Shown here: piece by piece, positions 21,874-34,010 of the stretch | How the letters are laid out: every line of letters starts with the position of its first letter | Position numbering within the stretch: the stretch's first letter is position 1 | Source of the DNA: Magallana gigas | Taxonomy: Eukaryota | Direction: 5' to 3' | Assembly: GCF_963853765.1 (NCBI RefSeq) | Contig: NC_088859.1 | Coordinates: 35,836,001-35,900,000 of the forward strand | DNA length: 64,000 nt | The notes under the pieces: model-generated | What the model was told of the DNA's origin: nothing | Databases searched by the model: none | What the model saw: only the letters and a program-made list of their open reading frames with translations | Translations under genes and position numbers: made by a program

Positions 21874-22915
21874 TATAGTTCTTATATGTCTTACAAGATG
21901 ATTTCTTTCTTTTAGGAAAGATTGAGCATAAATAATATTTGAAAAATTTTGACATCTAAAAATGTGCATATTAGTGATTTAAAATATTCAATATCATCAT
22001 CAAAGAGAACTGTCAAAAAGTTAAAAGAATATAGTTACCTTTTGTTGTAATCTATATCCAAAGTATTCAGCACTTCCTCTCTTTTAAACAGATGCACTTC
22101 CAATATTTTCATGAAAGTTAAAACATCTAAGGCACTTGCACAACGTGATAAGTTTTTGAACAACTCGCACACTCTTGGATTCCGACTCTAATCAATCATT
22201 GGGACTTGTAGCTTACACATTCCACACACAGACAAATGCCGTAGCACTTATCCCAAAGAGGATAACCCTCAATCAAAATTCGATCATGTACTCATAATTT
22301 TATCTTGGCAATATAAGGATGATCTTCTAATGAAACAAAAATAGTCAAAAACTGATAAAGTATGGGCTAGCTGGCCATGATTCGTTACATATTTTCTTTC
22401 CAATATAGAACTATTAAAGTTGTATGTTCCCTGCAGCAGATCTGGACCGATATATAACCATAATCAAAATTTAGGATCCGTCACAAACAGCCATTATTTT
22501 CGTCAGCTGGTCTTTTTCACGGAATGGCCTTGAGGTGTCTTGAAGTGAAGATATGTTTATGTTCTTTGAAGTGACCGATGAATCTACAATAAAATCAGAT
22601 TTTAATGTTCCTTATACACTTAATTACTTAAATAAGCATGTAGTTTTCTCACTCAATGCATAAAGCAAAGATTTTTTCCCGCCGAATAACACCATAATAT
22701 GTCACATTTCAAATGCACATGGAAAAGTGTTTACGTCAGATAATACTCAATGCATAAAATTCTAAACAAAAGAAAGGCACTCACTCTAATGATTAAATAT
22801 AACTCTATGTTGTCTTAAGCTTTAGTCTGGTACACTGTCAATCCCTCATAGTTATGCAATTAGAAAATATAAGCAAATATTTTATCACTCTCACTGCAAA
22901 ATCGCAACAGAAACA

Positions 22916-22950
22916 AATATGGCGTCAATTATTTCCCACAATGCAATGCC
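22916..22950. promoter_or_regulatory. Candidate GPBP1 promoter motifs: YY1-like and ZNF143/Staf-like sites
   Basis: AAATATGGCGTC (YY1-like AANATGGCG) followed by TTTCCCACAATGCAATGCC (Staf SBS-like TTCCCANAATGCA), upstream of the inferred GPBP1 5' exons. Confidence 0.45.
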
Positions 22951-23823
22951 GCGTAAAAATACTTTAAAATAAATATTCACAAATATTATTGCATCTATTA
23001 CATTTTAATCTAATATAGCATATCTACTAGTTATTAAAGAAAAATATTCAAAAAAATATTTTTTTCAAATTCGACATCCGGTGATGATTAAAAACGCCTC
23101 CATTTGGTTTCGACCCGGACCAAAACTTCACGAACATGAACCGAAAATAATTGATTGGATAGGCTATATTGTTTTTTAATACATGCAGCAACATCTGGTC
23201 GTATCTTAAACTAGTTGATTAATTACATTTTTAAATAACCAATGTGTGAATAAGGGCTGAATTGACAAAAGGATTTCTTAAGGACTGTACAGTCTACAAC
23301 AATCGAGCATCTGCGCTCCACATCGCTGACTTTTTAAGGGGATGAAATATCTACATATATGAGAAATTTGTTAATGCTGTTGAATAGGAAAGTAACGGAA
23401 ATTTAATTGCAATTGGGGAAAGTGTTCTAATCATTATTATCGGGGGAATTTATTGAACAAAATGTTACAGCTGAAATAAAAATCATACCCCCTTCCAAAA
23501 AACTAAGATAACACTCTAAGATATTATGATGGTTTTCAATTTTTAAAGCAAATTAAAAGAATCATTATTACAAAAAATATTAATATATCTTGCTTTATAG
23601 GACTCGATCCCGAGCCTCAATATTATCGGATCATCTGTTCTGTGCGTTACTGACTAATCTTAATTCTTTTCGAACACGTAAATTGTTGACACCAGCCACT
23701 TCAGTTTCATCAATGGCTACTTATACCGGTCATTTTGTTTCGAAATATTTAATCAAAGTACTGAAGTACTGAAATCCGGGCTCTTTTGATGTGTCTTTAT
23801 GCATATTGTGCAGTAAAGACTGA

Positions 23824-23825
<2 letters not shown>

Positions 23826-23874
<49 letters not shown>
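23826..23874. repeat. (CT)n microsatellite
   Basis: Uninterrupted CT run. Confidence 0.97.
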
Positions 23875-23876
<2 letters not shown>

Positions 23877-23974
23877 GCTTTTAAGACATTAAAACGTCAG
23901 AAAGGCACCAAAGTTTGTAAGCGACTATAAACAAAAATATGTCTGTTCATCATTAGAGTATACTTCTACTCTCA

Positions 23975-24059
23975 CATCTTCGCTAGCCAAGGGTTTACGA
24001 TCCGCTCCTCTCCTCGACAACCCTAGGAGCGGATCGTAAACCCTTGGCTAGCGAAGATG
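23975..24059. mobile_element. 85-bp hairpin micro-MITE (family H, copy B)
   Basis: Same CATCTTCGCTAGCCAAG termini as 12841; flanks CTACTCTCA / CTAGTCTCA (8 of 9 identical). Confidence 0.88.
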
Positions 24060-24223
24060 CTAGTCTCATTACTCATTACAATGTAACTTGCACCATCCAT
24101 GCATGTTTATGAATCTTATCTTCAATCAAGAGCAATTTAAATAAGTCTAAATTCCAGATATTTGCAGTGTAGTTAGGGTAAGATAAAAACAACGAATTAT
24201 TTTATTCAACGCAGTTTAAAACC

Positions 24224-24309
24224 CATCTTCGCTAGCCAAGAGTTTACGATCCGCTCCTCTCCTCTACAGAGGAGAGGAGCGGATCGTAAACCCTTGGCTA
24301 GCGAAGATG
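24224..24309. mobile_element. 86-bp hairpin micro-MITE (family H, copy C)
   Basis: Near-perfect palindrome with CATCTTCGCTAGCCAAG termini; identical flanks TTTAAAACC at 24215-24223 and 24310-24318. Confidence 0.92.
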
Positions 24310-24729
24310 TTTAAAACCATTATGACATTAAATTTCGATTGGAAATTGACCAAACTCTATAACAAATTACTTGAAGTAAAATTAAGGTCAAGATCTGGTA
24401 AATGAAAGGTGCCTACAGGTTAATAAAATTCGGTATATATAAGTTCTTTCACTAATGTTTCATAAAAATGGAGTGAATGGGGGCTTAAATTTTTGGTAGA
24501 CACAATGAAAAAACGTATTTTGAACATTCATTTTCCATGAAATATGAAAAAATTATTTACAAATATCGGAGTCACGTCCATTTTTACATATAAAATGTAT
24601 CTAGTCCCAATTTTGCTAAACAAGGGACCATCCAACCCCTGTCGTTTTAAGGGAGTACAAAATGGAAATTTTACTCAGATATGTATTTAAAGATGTTCTC
24701 AGAATGTGGATGCTTTATATCATGAAATA

Positions 24730-24979
24730 GAACCATTCTAACACGACCTTGGACTTTCGGTATTATGTAACTATCTATTTCTTGTGTCAAAACAAGTGAA
24801 AAATGACGCTGGTTTGAAGTGAAATATACAGCGATTGCGTAGTTTTAGCTCAAAAGCCAGACAAATCTTGTTGATTTCAATGAGCTAAGGCCGAGTGGCC
24901 AGCAATGAAATAGACAGGGCTACGTCACATTGCTGTTTGACATAACTACCCAAAGTACAAGCTCCTGCTAAAATGGTAC
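24730..24979. mobile_element. TA-flanked MITE, family A, copy 2
   Basis: TA|GAACCATTCTAACACGACCTTGGACTTT ... AAAGTACAAGCTCCTGCTAAAATGGTAC|TA; interior is the reverse complement of 3640-3875. Confidence 0.85.
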
Positions 24980-25900
24980 TAAATATCACGCAGAGACAAA
25001 TGTTTCTAATGCATTTGACAAGCTAGTTATATATGGATACTTGTTTCAAAGTTAGCATTATTGTTGCTCTGGTGAGTGATGTGGTCCATGGGTCTCTGTG
25101 TTTAAAAAATTTACTGGTGTTACTTTTGAGAATGCTTACAACGTTTTTGTATCTGGTAAATAACGCCTTGCTCTTATTGTTACACCTTTTGGTAGCTACT
25201 TTAATTAATTACACCGTTTTGGAAGGCGTTATAACGCCTTTCTTCGATCCGCTTTATAACGTCATTTGGAAGGACGAGACATAACCAATTTTAATTTTCA
25301 GAAATATTAATAGTTCATGAATTCTGTTCGGATTAACTTTTGAGACAACACAAAACTGAGTAAAAATTTGTTAAATGGGGTGTTTAATTTTTTTCCAATC
25401 TTATGAAAATCATATGATGTTTTACCGTCCTTACAAAATTTGATAAATATTTAAATTGTATTGGAACCGCAGTCGCTCGGAGCCTCCACATATTCAGAAG
25501 TGTTTAAAAATTTTTTGTTCCTTTTCTATACAAACAAAAAAGCATGTAACTCATTGTATGCCGTTTTCATTATACATGTATATGGATGAATTCTTTTCCA
25601 CTGATTAAAAGGGGGTAGGGCGTCTATGAAATTTTGGAGGCTAAGACGGTCGACTAGCAAGAAAAAGAAGGTTTTGTATTATTATAAATGACGTTGAAAA
25701 ATATATCAATGACAAAGAAGATGGGAAGATAAGATCGTGCAAATGCCCACTAGTTCGGTTTGGTCGTGAAATAATTTTTTATTCCAATAAAATCTTTTCA
25801 AATACATTATAATACAAGCTTGCAAATGCACAACTTCTAACTATTTGCAATTTTTAATATATTTAATAAACGATCAGAAAAAAAAATTGCCTAAAACTTT

Positions 25901-25960
25901 GGTGATATCGAACCCCCAGTTATCAGTAAGCCTGTCTCAGGTGCTCTACCCACTGAGCCA
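25901..25960 (-). repeat. tRNA-derived (SINE-head-like) segment
   Basis: Minus strand TGGCTCAGTGG (A box) GTAGAGCACCTGA ... GGTTCGATATC (B box); no acceptor stem. Confidence 0.6.
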
Positions 25961-27538
25961 TTTCAGACACAACAAAGTGGGTTGTTCAATTATTATGTGT
26001 GACTTTGGTCACGAATTTAAGGACTTTCATTATTTTTTCAAAATTAACGTTCAACTAATGGGATACAAAATGATACTTTTAATGTATAGTGGGTCATCTC
26101 TCCACGTTTTTGTTGATTGAAATAGGTTTGTTTTCCATTAGACCTTATGTAGACTATGAAAAATATGGGGCACAGGCCCACTCTATAAAAGAAAGACCCT
26201 TGAAGTAAAAAAAAAATGAAACTATTTGGAGGTTTTGATACGTATACGCCTGTTTGAGTCAACATATTCCAAGTATTGAACATATTTAAAGGTTTTAAAT
26301 CGATGATAAATATATCTTGTCTAAAAAAAATCAGATTTATTGACATTTTAATTTGTCAGTATCATATCCGTCCGTGTATAGGCATTTTACACGCCTTATC
26401 CATCTATCTTCTTAGAGAAAAGTTTGTTTCACAAATCCATTTCTTTAAGAAAGTGGAAATTCGTTATTTACAAACATATATTTAATTTTAATTTGATTTT
26501 AAACACACTGTCATATAATTATACGCAGACAACCGTAGCCTAGTAAACTTCATCTTTGAGGGCACATCCAAATGAATTTCTGAAATCTATGACCATTGCT
26601 GATTACGATACAACATTTATTCTGCTGGTGCTATAACTCTTTACAATATAAATTCACTAAAAAGAATTTATATACAATGTACTGATATACAGTGTTCTTG
26701 ACTTACATCTGTACATGTACCTGACATTTACTGAAGGTCAGGTTGTACTGTACCAGAATAAATAATTAAAGAAGACTTGAAGATACTGCATTTTAATTCT
26801 CAATGTAAAAATAGACACTGACTGTATTTGAGGTTCCATCAGCATACAAGTGAGCATTCTTACATGCATTGAAATCCATGTGAAACACAAAATTGAATGT
26901 GGTAAATGTATTTAAAATTTTAAATGTAAAAACATACAAAATGTAGTAAAAAAAAAATGTACAATTACATTTAAAATTTTAGTTCATTACAGTTTAACTT
27001 GTCTAGACTATTAAAATCATGTTAAATCTTTTTTACTTTGATTTTCATTTTTGGAGGGACATATATCCTGAATTTTGTTGTTGTTGCCCAACATGTAAGG
27101 TGTATACAAATACTGCTGCAGATAACAAAGAACATACAAAAATAACCTAAAAACCTAGTTCTGGAGCCCTCTTAGGAATACAATGTAAACTCATTCATAG
27201 ACCAGTAGAGTATAGATGTAAACTCACATGCCAAAATTATGACAGTTTATCAAATGCAAAACCTATATAAAATTTTGATAGGTGCTGTATTGCAACATGT
27301 ACCAGTATATAAAATTTCGATGCTGTATCATTTATCTGTTGAAGGATGCAAGCTCAGAAATGGAGGCCAAAATGATATTTCACAAATACATGTAAGCTAC
27401 AAAGCCTAAAAAACTCAGCATCTATCTATTCAAATTTTTTTTTGAACAATTCTTTGAAAAAATGTTGGTTTTAAATGGAATAAAGTTTTAGTTAAAATAA
27501 AATAAAATTGACATACTATAGGCACCTGGGTGATTTAT

Positions 27539-28116
27539 GGTGGTATGGGACATCTGTCGATATTAATGTAGAATAAAGTAAATTATAATAAGGATACTTT
27601 CACTGATTTAGAATTTTCAAATCTTAAAATATTTAACAAAAAATACATTTTAAAAATTTGTGGAAAGGCAAAAATTTTTAAATCCCCAGTGTGATTCAAA
27701 CTCCTAAAATTGATACTCAAAAACAACACAAACAATAAACTTGAAATGGTATATCGATGACAATGGTAGAAGTTACATTTGTTTAAAGCAACAGTTAAGA
27801 TGGTATGAGACATCTGTCGATATTAATGTGGATTTAATTACATTATAGTTGTAATACTTTCACCAGTTTGGAATTTTCAAAATTTACAATACTTAACCAA
27901 ATAATATGTTTTAAAAAATTTTGGAAAGGTAAAAAAATTAAAATACCCATTGGGACTCGAACTCATGACTTACAGATTCGTAGTGGACCCTCTAACCCAC
28001 TGCGCTATGTTCTTAGGTGACAATTTTGGGAAGGAAACTATATATAAAATCACACTTGATTTCATTGTTTATTTTGATAAACAGTACGTCACAACATGGA
28101 GGTGTCCCATACAACC
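27539..28116. mobile_element. TTAA-flanked (Kolobok-like) non-autonomous element containing a tRNA-like segment
   Basis: Left TTAT|GGTGGTATGGGACATC, right GGTGTCCCATACAACC|TTAA (inverted repeats with GG...CC ends); internal duplication of GACATCTGTCGATATTAATGT; tRNA-Arg-like A/B boxes on the minus strand at 27946-28007. Confidence 0.72.
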
Positions 28117-28409
28117 TTAAAAGGTGAAAACAATAGATAATGATGTTCATACATACACTTCATGTTAAAGTAATTTTACATTAAAACATGTAAATCAATT
28201 AAAAACAGTCATGACTTATATAAGAGATTGTCATTTGTTATACCCAGTACTTGTATAACTGTTCCCAAACCTGACTACAAAGGGAAAAAAACAATAAACA
28301 AAGATCAAAATGATGCTGGTGGGTAACCAACTAAAAAACATGTCATATAAAGGTAATTCAATAAATGAAATATCATATTAATGCTGAATATCACAGGAAT
28401 TCCTAGCCA

Positions 28410-31400
28410 TTAGTCGAACACTACTGTCTTTAGAGCATCCTCTTCTTTGATTTCTAGTGTTGCGACGGCTCCATCGTTAAACTTAAATGAAGACCCACCA
28501 TCCACAACTAAACAAGCATCCCACATACGAGAACAGATCTCAATCCTGGAAAACAGATGGTTTTTATCAGTTAACATGGCTTATTTTTATAAGATGAGAA
28601 TGAGAAAATGACAAAAGCATTCATTACCGGAGGTTGGATTTTAAGGCAACAGAAAAAAATACCACACATTGTATAGCATTTTACATCTTCAGTTATTTTG
28701 TGATATTATTTTAATTTGAACAGAGACTTGGCAATGTATACAACAAATAGCATGAGGGTGAGCATCCACAGTGAAGATACAGGTATTTTCACCTGAAATA
28801 TACTTGTTAGACTTATATTACTGGTATGAAGTAAAAAGGATTTTTCAGACACATTTTAGTTGTATACATGTATGATCACTTACTTTTTGGCAAATCCATT
28901 CGGATGTCCCACTTGAAAAACACCTAGAAAGCAACATAGTTCTCGGATTCAGAAAGTGAAAAAAAAAACCAAAACAATAAATGCCTGATACTTCCATAAA
29001 ATCAAATTTGATAAAATGAACACTAGACAATCAATCCTAAGCTTTTCATGAAATATTACTTAGAGATGACAGATTTACCATTTCTGACAGGGTCCCTGGT
29101 TGTAAAGGCCATTTTTGGTTCACTAGGATCAAACTTCAAGGAATCATTGTATTTTTGGGTGACTTTGTAGATCAAATTTGGATCCAACAAATTCACATGT
29201 TTACCAGGCATTAGATCACTGGCTGTACAAAGTGAAACAAAATGATAGTGAAAAATAGTACTGAAACAGAATGTGTGAGACAAGCACTAATAACATAGCT
29301 CATAGAATACTATTCTCTTATTTGGACAGGCATAGTCTTCAGGCTATACCTGTCCACTTCCCAAAAGAGAATGATAGAATACTTGTACTTGTGCAATTAT
29401 TTGTGAAATTAAATATGCTTGTGGCAACATAGTTGGCTCCATAAACCTTTGCTTGGTCATCTAAATGCTGGATTGATGTCTACTTCTCATTAAAATTACT
29501 GTCAGAAACTTTTCTAGTGCTGTATTTAAGATGTTTATTGGATTTTTACCTTGAATACGGATAATGTACCAAAGTGGTTTTTTATGAATATGGTAAACAA
29601 ACTATTTACCATATCCCAGTACGGTCTTTATAGCTTGCTGAGGGAGGTTGTTTATATGGTAAAACCATGATGTCGACCCAGTGCCTGTGCAAATGGCAAT
29701 TCCAGAACTCTTGTGCTTCTCACTGGGATGATCATCAACTTTTATTTCATAGTATGAGACTCTGTCAAATAAATAACACACCAAGGTACATGTATTAATC
29801 TGTCAGTTGCAAGTCAAATATGCAAAACTAATTTAAATGTTGTTTGAATTTCATACATTCGCTACTCTATTAAAAAGGTACTAGAAAGTAATACAGAAAG
29901 CATTTTGCAAGATTTTAACAAGAAAAATTATACCTGGAGGACAAGCTCTCTCCGATAAAGACCTCATTGAGAGCAAGCACTGGCAAAATTCTTGGACTAC
30001 TGGCATTCTCAGTAACATTAACATTTTGTCGGTATGTTTCACTTTCCATAACATGTTCTGAAAATCGGTGTTCATAGAACTGTAGCTGTTGATCATGAAG
30101 TTCTATTGGTTCATCGTTTTCATGTATTCCGGACATGGTAATACGAATTCTTTGGCGGCGTTTCCACCTAAAATAAAAATAATACAGTGTTTCTCAGTTA
30201 ATTATTTTCTGAAATATCATTTAAGGTGGCTCATCATACCATGAAATATTTTCTCAAATCAGCAGAAAATTACTTGATTATGATCATAATGGATAAAAAG
30301 TATTTAAGTCTAATAGGCAAAAAATGTGCAATTTTGGATGAAAAATTACATTTTCAAAAATTTAATTCAGTTATCATGAACAAAAGCTCCAGGCGGATTC
30401 CATCTCATGACCTGCGTTTCAGAAGCCCAATACTTTAACCACTGAGCTACGATGATATACAACCAAATCGAACGATATAAACAGTTTAACAAAACATTTA
30501 AATCGCCACCTTGTGACGTAGTGTCTTAAAAAGTATAAGTGTAGGTGAAGTGAGGTACCTTAATTTTGAGTAACAATATATTTGACATTTAGATTGCTGT
30601 TATATAAATATGAATGCTAATTCAGTTCATGATTTTTATATAAACCATAACTGAGATTTGGTTCTCATTGATATTTGCACCAATACCTTCAAATATCAAG
30701 TACCCAGTACAGTTGAATGACAGCCGAGATTAGAACACTCAACAGAATTATTAACCGCTGAAAAAATCTGTAAGACACAACTTTTCAATTTTTTTTTTTC
30801 TTGATCCCATTAAGTTTGGGATAACAAGATTTGACTGTATATTGTGATATTTTTAAAGAGCCTGGAATGTTTTTTCCAACATTGATGTCATATAGTTCTA
30901 CATAATGAATATCATTGGAAACAAATAATATATTTTAGAATTCTTATGATTTATACAAGAAACTAACTTGTATATTACTGGTACCTAAATTTTCCTTCTA
31001 GAAGTCTCTTTAAAGCATGTTCAAATCTGGCCCCAGAATACTTCTCTTTAGGCAGACAAAGACACCCCTCTGACCTAAATAAATATGACTTCATTTGTTA
31101 TTTTAATTGCAATGCATATTAATGTATGTAGCAATAGATAATAAATAAATAATCACAATAGAGTACAACATCTACGGTACATGCATATCATATTGCAATT
31201 TTTTCCCATACTTCATGTTTTTCGGAGGTGTAATTATTAAACCATGTGAAGACACACCTTCCTCTTTGAAATACTGGTTATCGAAATTGCAAAATTGAAC
31301 TTTGATGTTAATGGCTAAAGAAAGGTAAGAATACTACACTTGTATAAAAAAAACTCAGGGCATGATAGTTAATCATCAATAAATTTACCTGGAGGGGTCA

Positions 31401-34010
31401 GTGTTAATTCCAATTAGTGGTTTGTTTTTGTCTGTTACTTTGCTTGCAGCTAACAAGTATGTGCCATCTCCTCCAGCTGTGAATAAAACATCAGCCCACC
31501 GAATCAGGTCTGGAGTGAACTGGTGACGTGAAACAACTTTTGTTTCTATTCCGTGATTCCTGAAAAAAATAACCACAAGAAAACATAAAGATACCTCAAA
31601 TCAATCCCCAATAGTGCCATGATAATCAAATTTACTGTCAATATCAAATAACAAATACCTGATAAAGATTTCCACTAATAAATATATGATTGTACATTGT
31701 AATCTGATTTGAAAAAATATGTGAACAGAATTGGAATATGAATTATTAATTCAACAGTTACTATAATAATATATCCTACACATACCAGTTGTCAAAAATT
31801 GAAGAAAAAAAATGTGTACAGAACTGGAATATGATTCATTAATTCAACAGTTTCTACAATAATATCTACTGCACATACCAGTTGACAGATCAGTTTATAA
31901 ATATCAGCATTTCTTGTTGCCAATAAATGTTTCCAAAGATAAGACTTATCCAACATTTAAAGCTTCTTAAAGATATGTATAGTTTTATGTACTGATAACC
32001 TTTAAGTAAGCATCTCTCGTTAATACAAAACAAATTTATGAATTTTTGTTAAAATTTCAACTAGACTGTAATAATAAATGTGAAAACATACACCAAAGAC
32101 TTTGTGATGCTGTCAATACTTCTACAGTGGTTTTCATGGCGGCTTCGAAGTCCATTGTAATCAGATCGTTTTCCTTCTAGCTGTAAAATAAAGTTAAAAA
32201 CTAGGTTTGCATTTATGTTCAGTTCCAAGTTAGGGCAGCTTAACTTCGATAGGAGGTCATCTTCACATTGCCTTTACTTCCGACCAATCGGGGAAGGACT
32301 GTCACAGCTTTAGAAAATATATTTGAACTCTTCAAAAGGTGATAGAAAAATTAATTCCTGCTTGTTTTCTATGTATTAAACCTCCAGAGTTGAAGAGTTA
32401 CTTGTTATTTTAACAAGGCCTTGGACTTTCAGTAGGACCTAACAATCTATTTCTTGCGTTAAAAAGTTAAAAATGACTCTGGTTTCAAGTGAAATATACA
32501 GCGATTACATAGTCTTTGCTCAAAAGCCAGACAAATCTTGTAGATTTCAAAGAGCAATGGTGGAGTGGCCTTCAATGAAATAGACAGGCCTACGTCACAT
32601 TGCTGTTTGTGGCAACTACCCAAAGTCCAAGCTCTTGTTAAAATGGTTCTAAAAGCAAAGCAATACATTACATGTATTACAATATATTACAATTGTATGC
32701 AAATGTAGAGATCATGTGGAGATGATCTCTTATCAGTACCTCTCAGACCATGACGAGTGAAAGGAAAATGGGTTGTGGTGGTTTTAATCAGTTCTTAAAT
32801 TCCGTTTAGAATGAAACACACAAGACTTTGGTGGCAAGAATATGTACTTTTGAGAATTGGTATAAAGCCAGTATAATAATTAGTTTATAGCACACATACA
32901 CATGAGTTTACATAGAATCAGAACTGTAGCTCGATAGGAAATTTGGGTTAACTAACCAAATCAAATAACTTTATATTTATTTCGTGCACAAAAGGTTTCG
33001 CATGTTTTGGACTTGTTTACCTTATTTATGTATAGTCTGTAAAAATATTACCGGTAATACAAAAAAAATCCAGAGACATTTCATTACTTTAGATGTCATT
33101 ACTTTACTTTTCTCTAAGCCCTCACCAGCCCCATTAAGTGAAATGGTATGGTTCGGTATCAGTGTGGTTTGTTTACAAGTAAAAATGGCAGCATTTGATA
33201 TTAATGTTAATTTAACATTCTTCACTTTTTGAGGTCAGTTAGGTTGTTTAGGAAACATTTGAGGCAAGTAAACTGGTGAATTAGTTACTGGGGTGTTAAG
33301 TTTTGGACTTATTAATTTAATCATATTTTCTAAAGATTTTCGTAATTCCCGAGAGATTTTACTACCGTACTGGCATGCGACCAGTTCTTGCCGAGTACCA
33401 TTTCTTGCCAGTGCATTGTTACGTCATTTTTCATATATTATTTTATGTGTTGATAAAATGACATAACAATGCACTGGCAAGAAATGGTACTTGGCAAGAA
33501 CTGGTCGCATGCCAGTACTGTAGTAAAATCTCTCAGGAATTTTTTGGTACGAAATTTTTAGAAAATATGATTAAATTAATAAGTCCAAAACTATGCGCAA
33601 CTTTTTAGTGCGCAATATATATACAGTTTTTTGCATGCATGGAACTGTAAATCTACAGTCTGTCAACTGTGTACCAAGTGCTATGCCCTGCACAATACTG
33701 GAAGAAAAAGCCAAACCTAAACTTCCCGTAGAGTTACAGTTCTGCAGCGCAGCTATAGACTAGAGTTTACATATTTATTTACATAATGTTTAAGTTCCTC
33801 CTCGGTTGATCCTTTGTGTACTGTTTTCTCAAATTCATATCTAGTCATTTTCTTCAAAATCACAGCTTTCTTGGGTTGAAATTGTTCGCTACCATACGTT
33901 CTTATAATACTATACGCAAAGTTGCAGTTGTTCAGCACTTGCAGGTGCGTGACCTTGCTGGCAAAAATGGAATGGAGTCCATGGAGTTGGGTCAAAATTT
34001 GACAAGCCAT
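28410..34010 (-). CDS. NADK2: Mitochondrial NAD kinase 2, ~427 aa, 9 coding exons
   Basis: Exons 34010-33783, 32180-32092, 31559-31389, 31074-30985, 30167-29934, 29761-29610, 29222-29079, 28923-28884 and 28545-28410 join in frame (1284 nt). Motifs TRYEFE, AGGDGTYLLAAS, GINTDPSRSEG, ALNEVFIGESLSSR, KSSGIAICTGTGS, SRMWDACLVVDGG. Confidence 0.95.
30225..30559. mobile_element. TTAA-flanked (Kolobok-like) short element containing a tRNA-like segment, in a NADK2 intron
   Basis: TTAA|GGTGGCTCATCATACC ... GGTGAAGTGAGGTACC|TTAA; minus-strand TAGCTCAGTGG A box and degenerate B box at 30388-30449. Confidence 0.68.
32403..32649. mobile_element. TA-flanked MITE, family A, copy 3
   Basis: TTTTAACAAGGCCTTGGACTTT ... 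AAAGTCCAAGCTCTTGTTAAAATGGTTC|TA; interior aligns with 24730-24979. Confidence 0.85.
33370..33515. mobile_element. TA-flanked palindromic MITE, family B, copy 2, nested in an outer inverted repeat (33299-33592)
   Basis: TA|CTGGCATGCGACCAGTTCTTGCC ... GGCAAGAACTGGTCGCATGCCAG|TA; the flanking ~70 bp on each side are also inverted repeats. Confidence 0.85.

Noticed and set aside
25223-25240. Perfect 18-bp palindrome AAGGCGTTATAACGCCTT
   Set aside because: Single occurrence with no TSD or second copy; cannot be distinguished from chance or a TE relic.
27946-28007. Possible tRNA-Arg gene (also 25901-25960 and 30388-30449)
   Set aside because: A and B boxes are present but acceptor and anticodon stems do not pair, and the segments sit inside repeats; treated as tRNA-derived.
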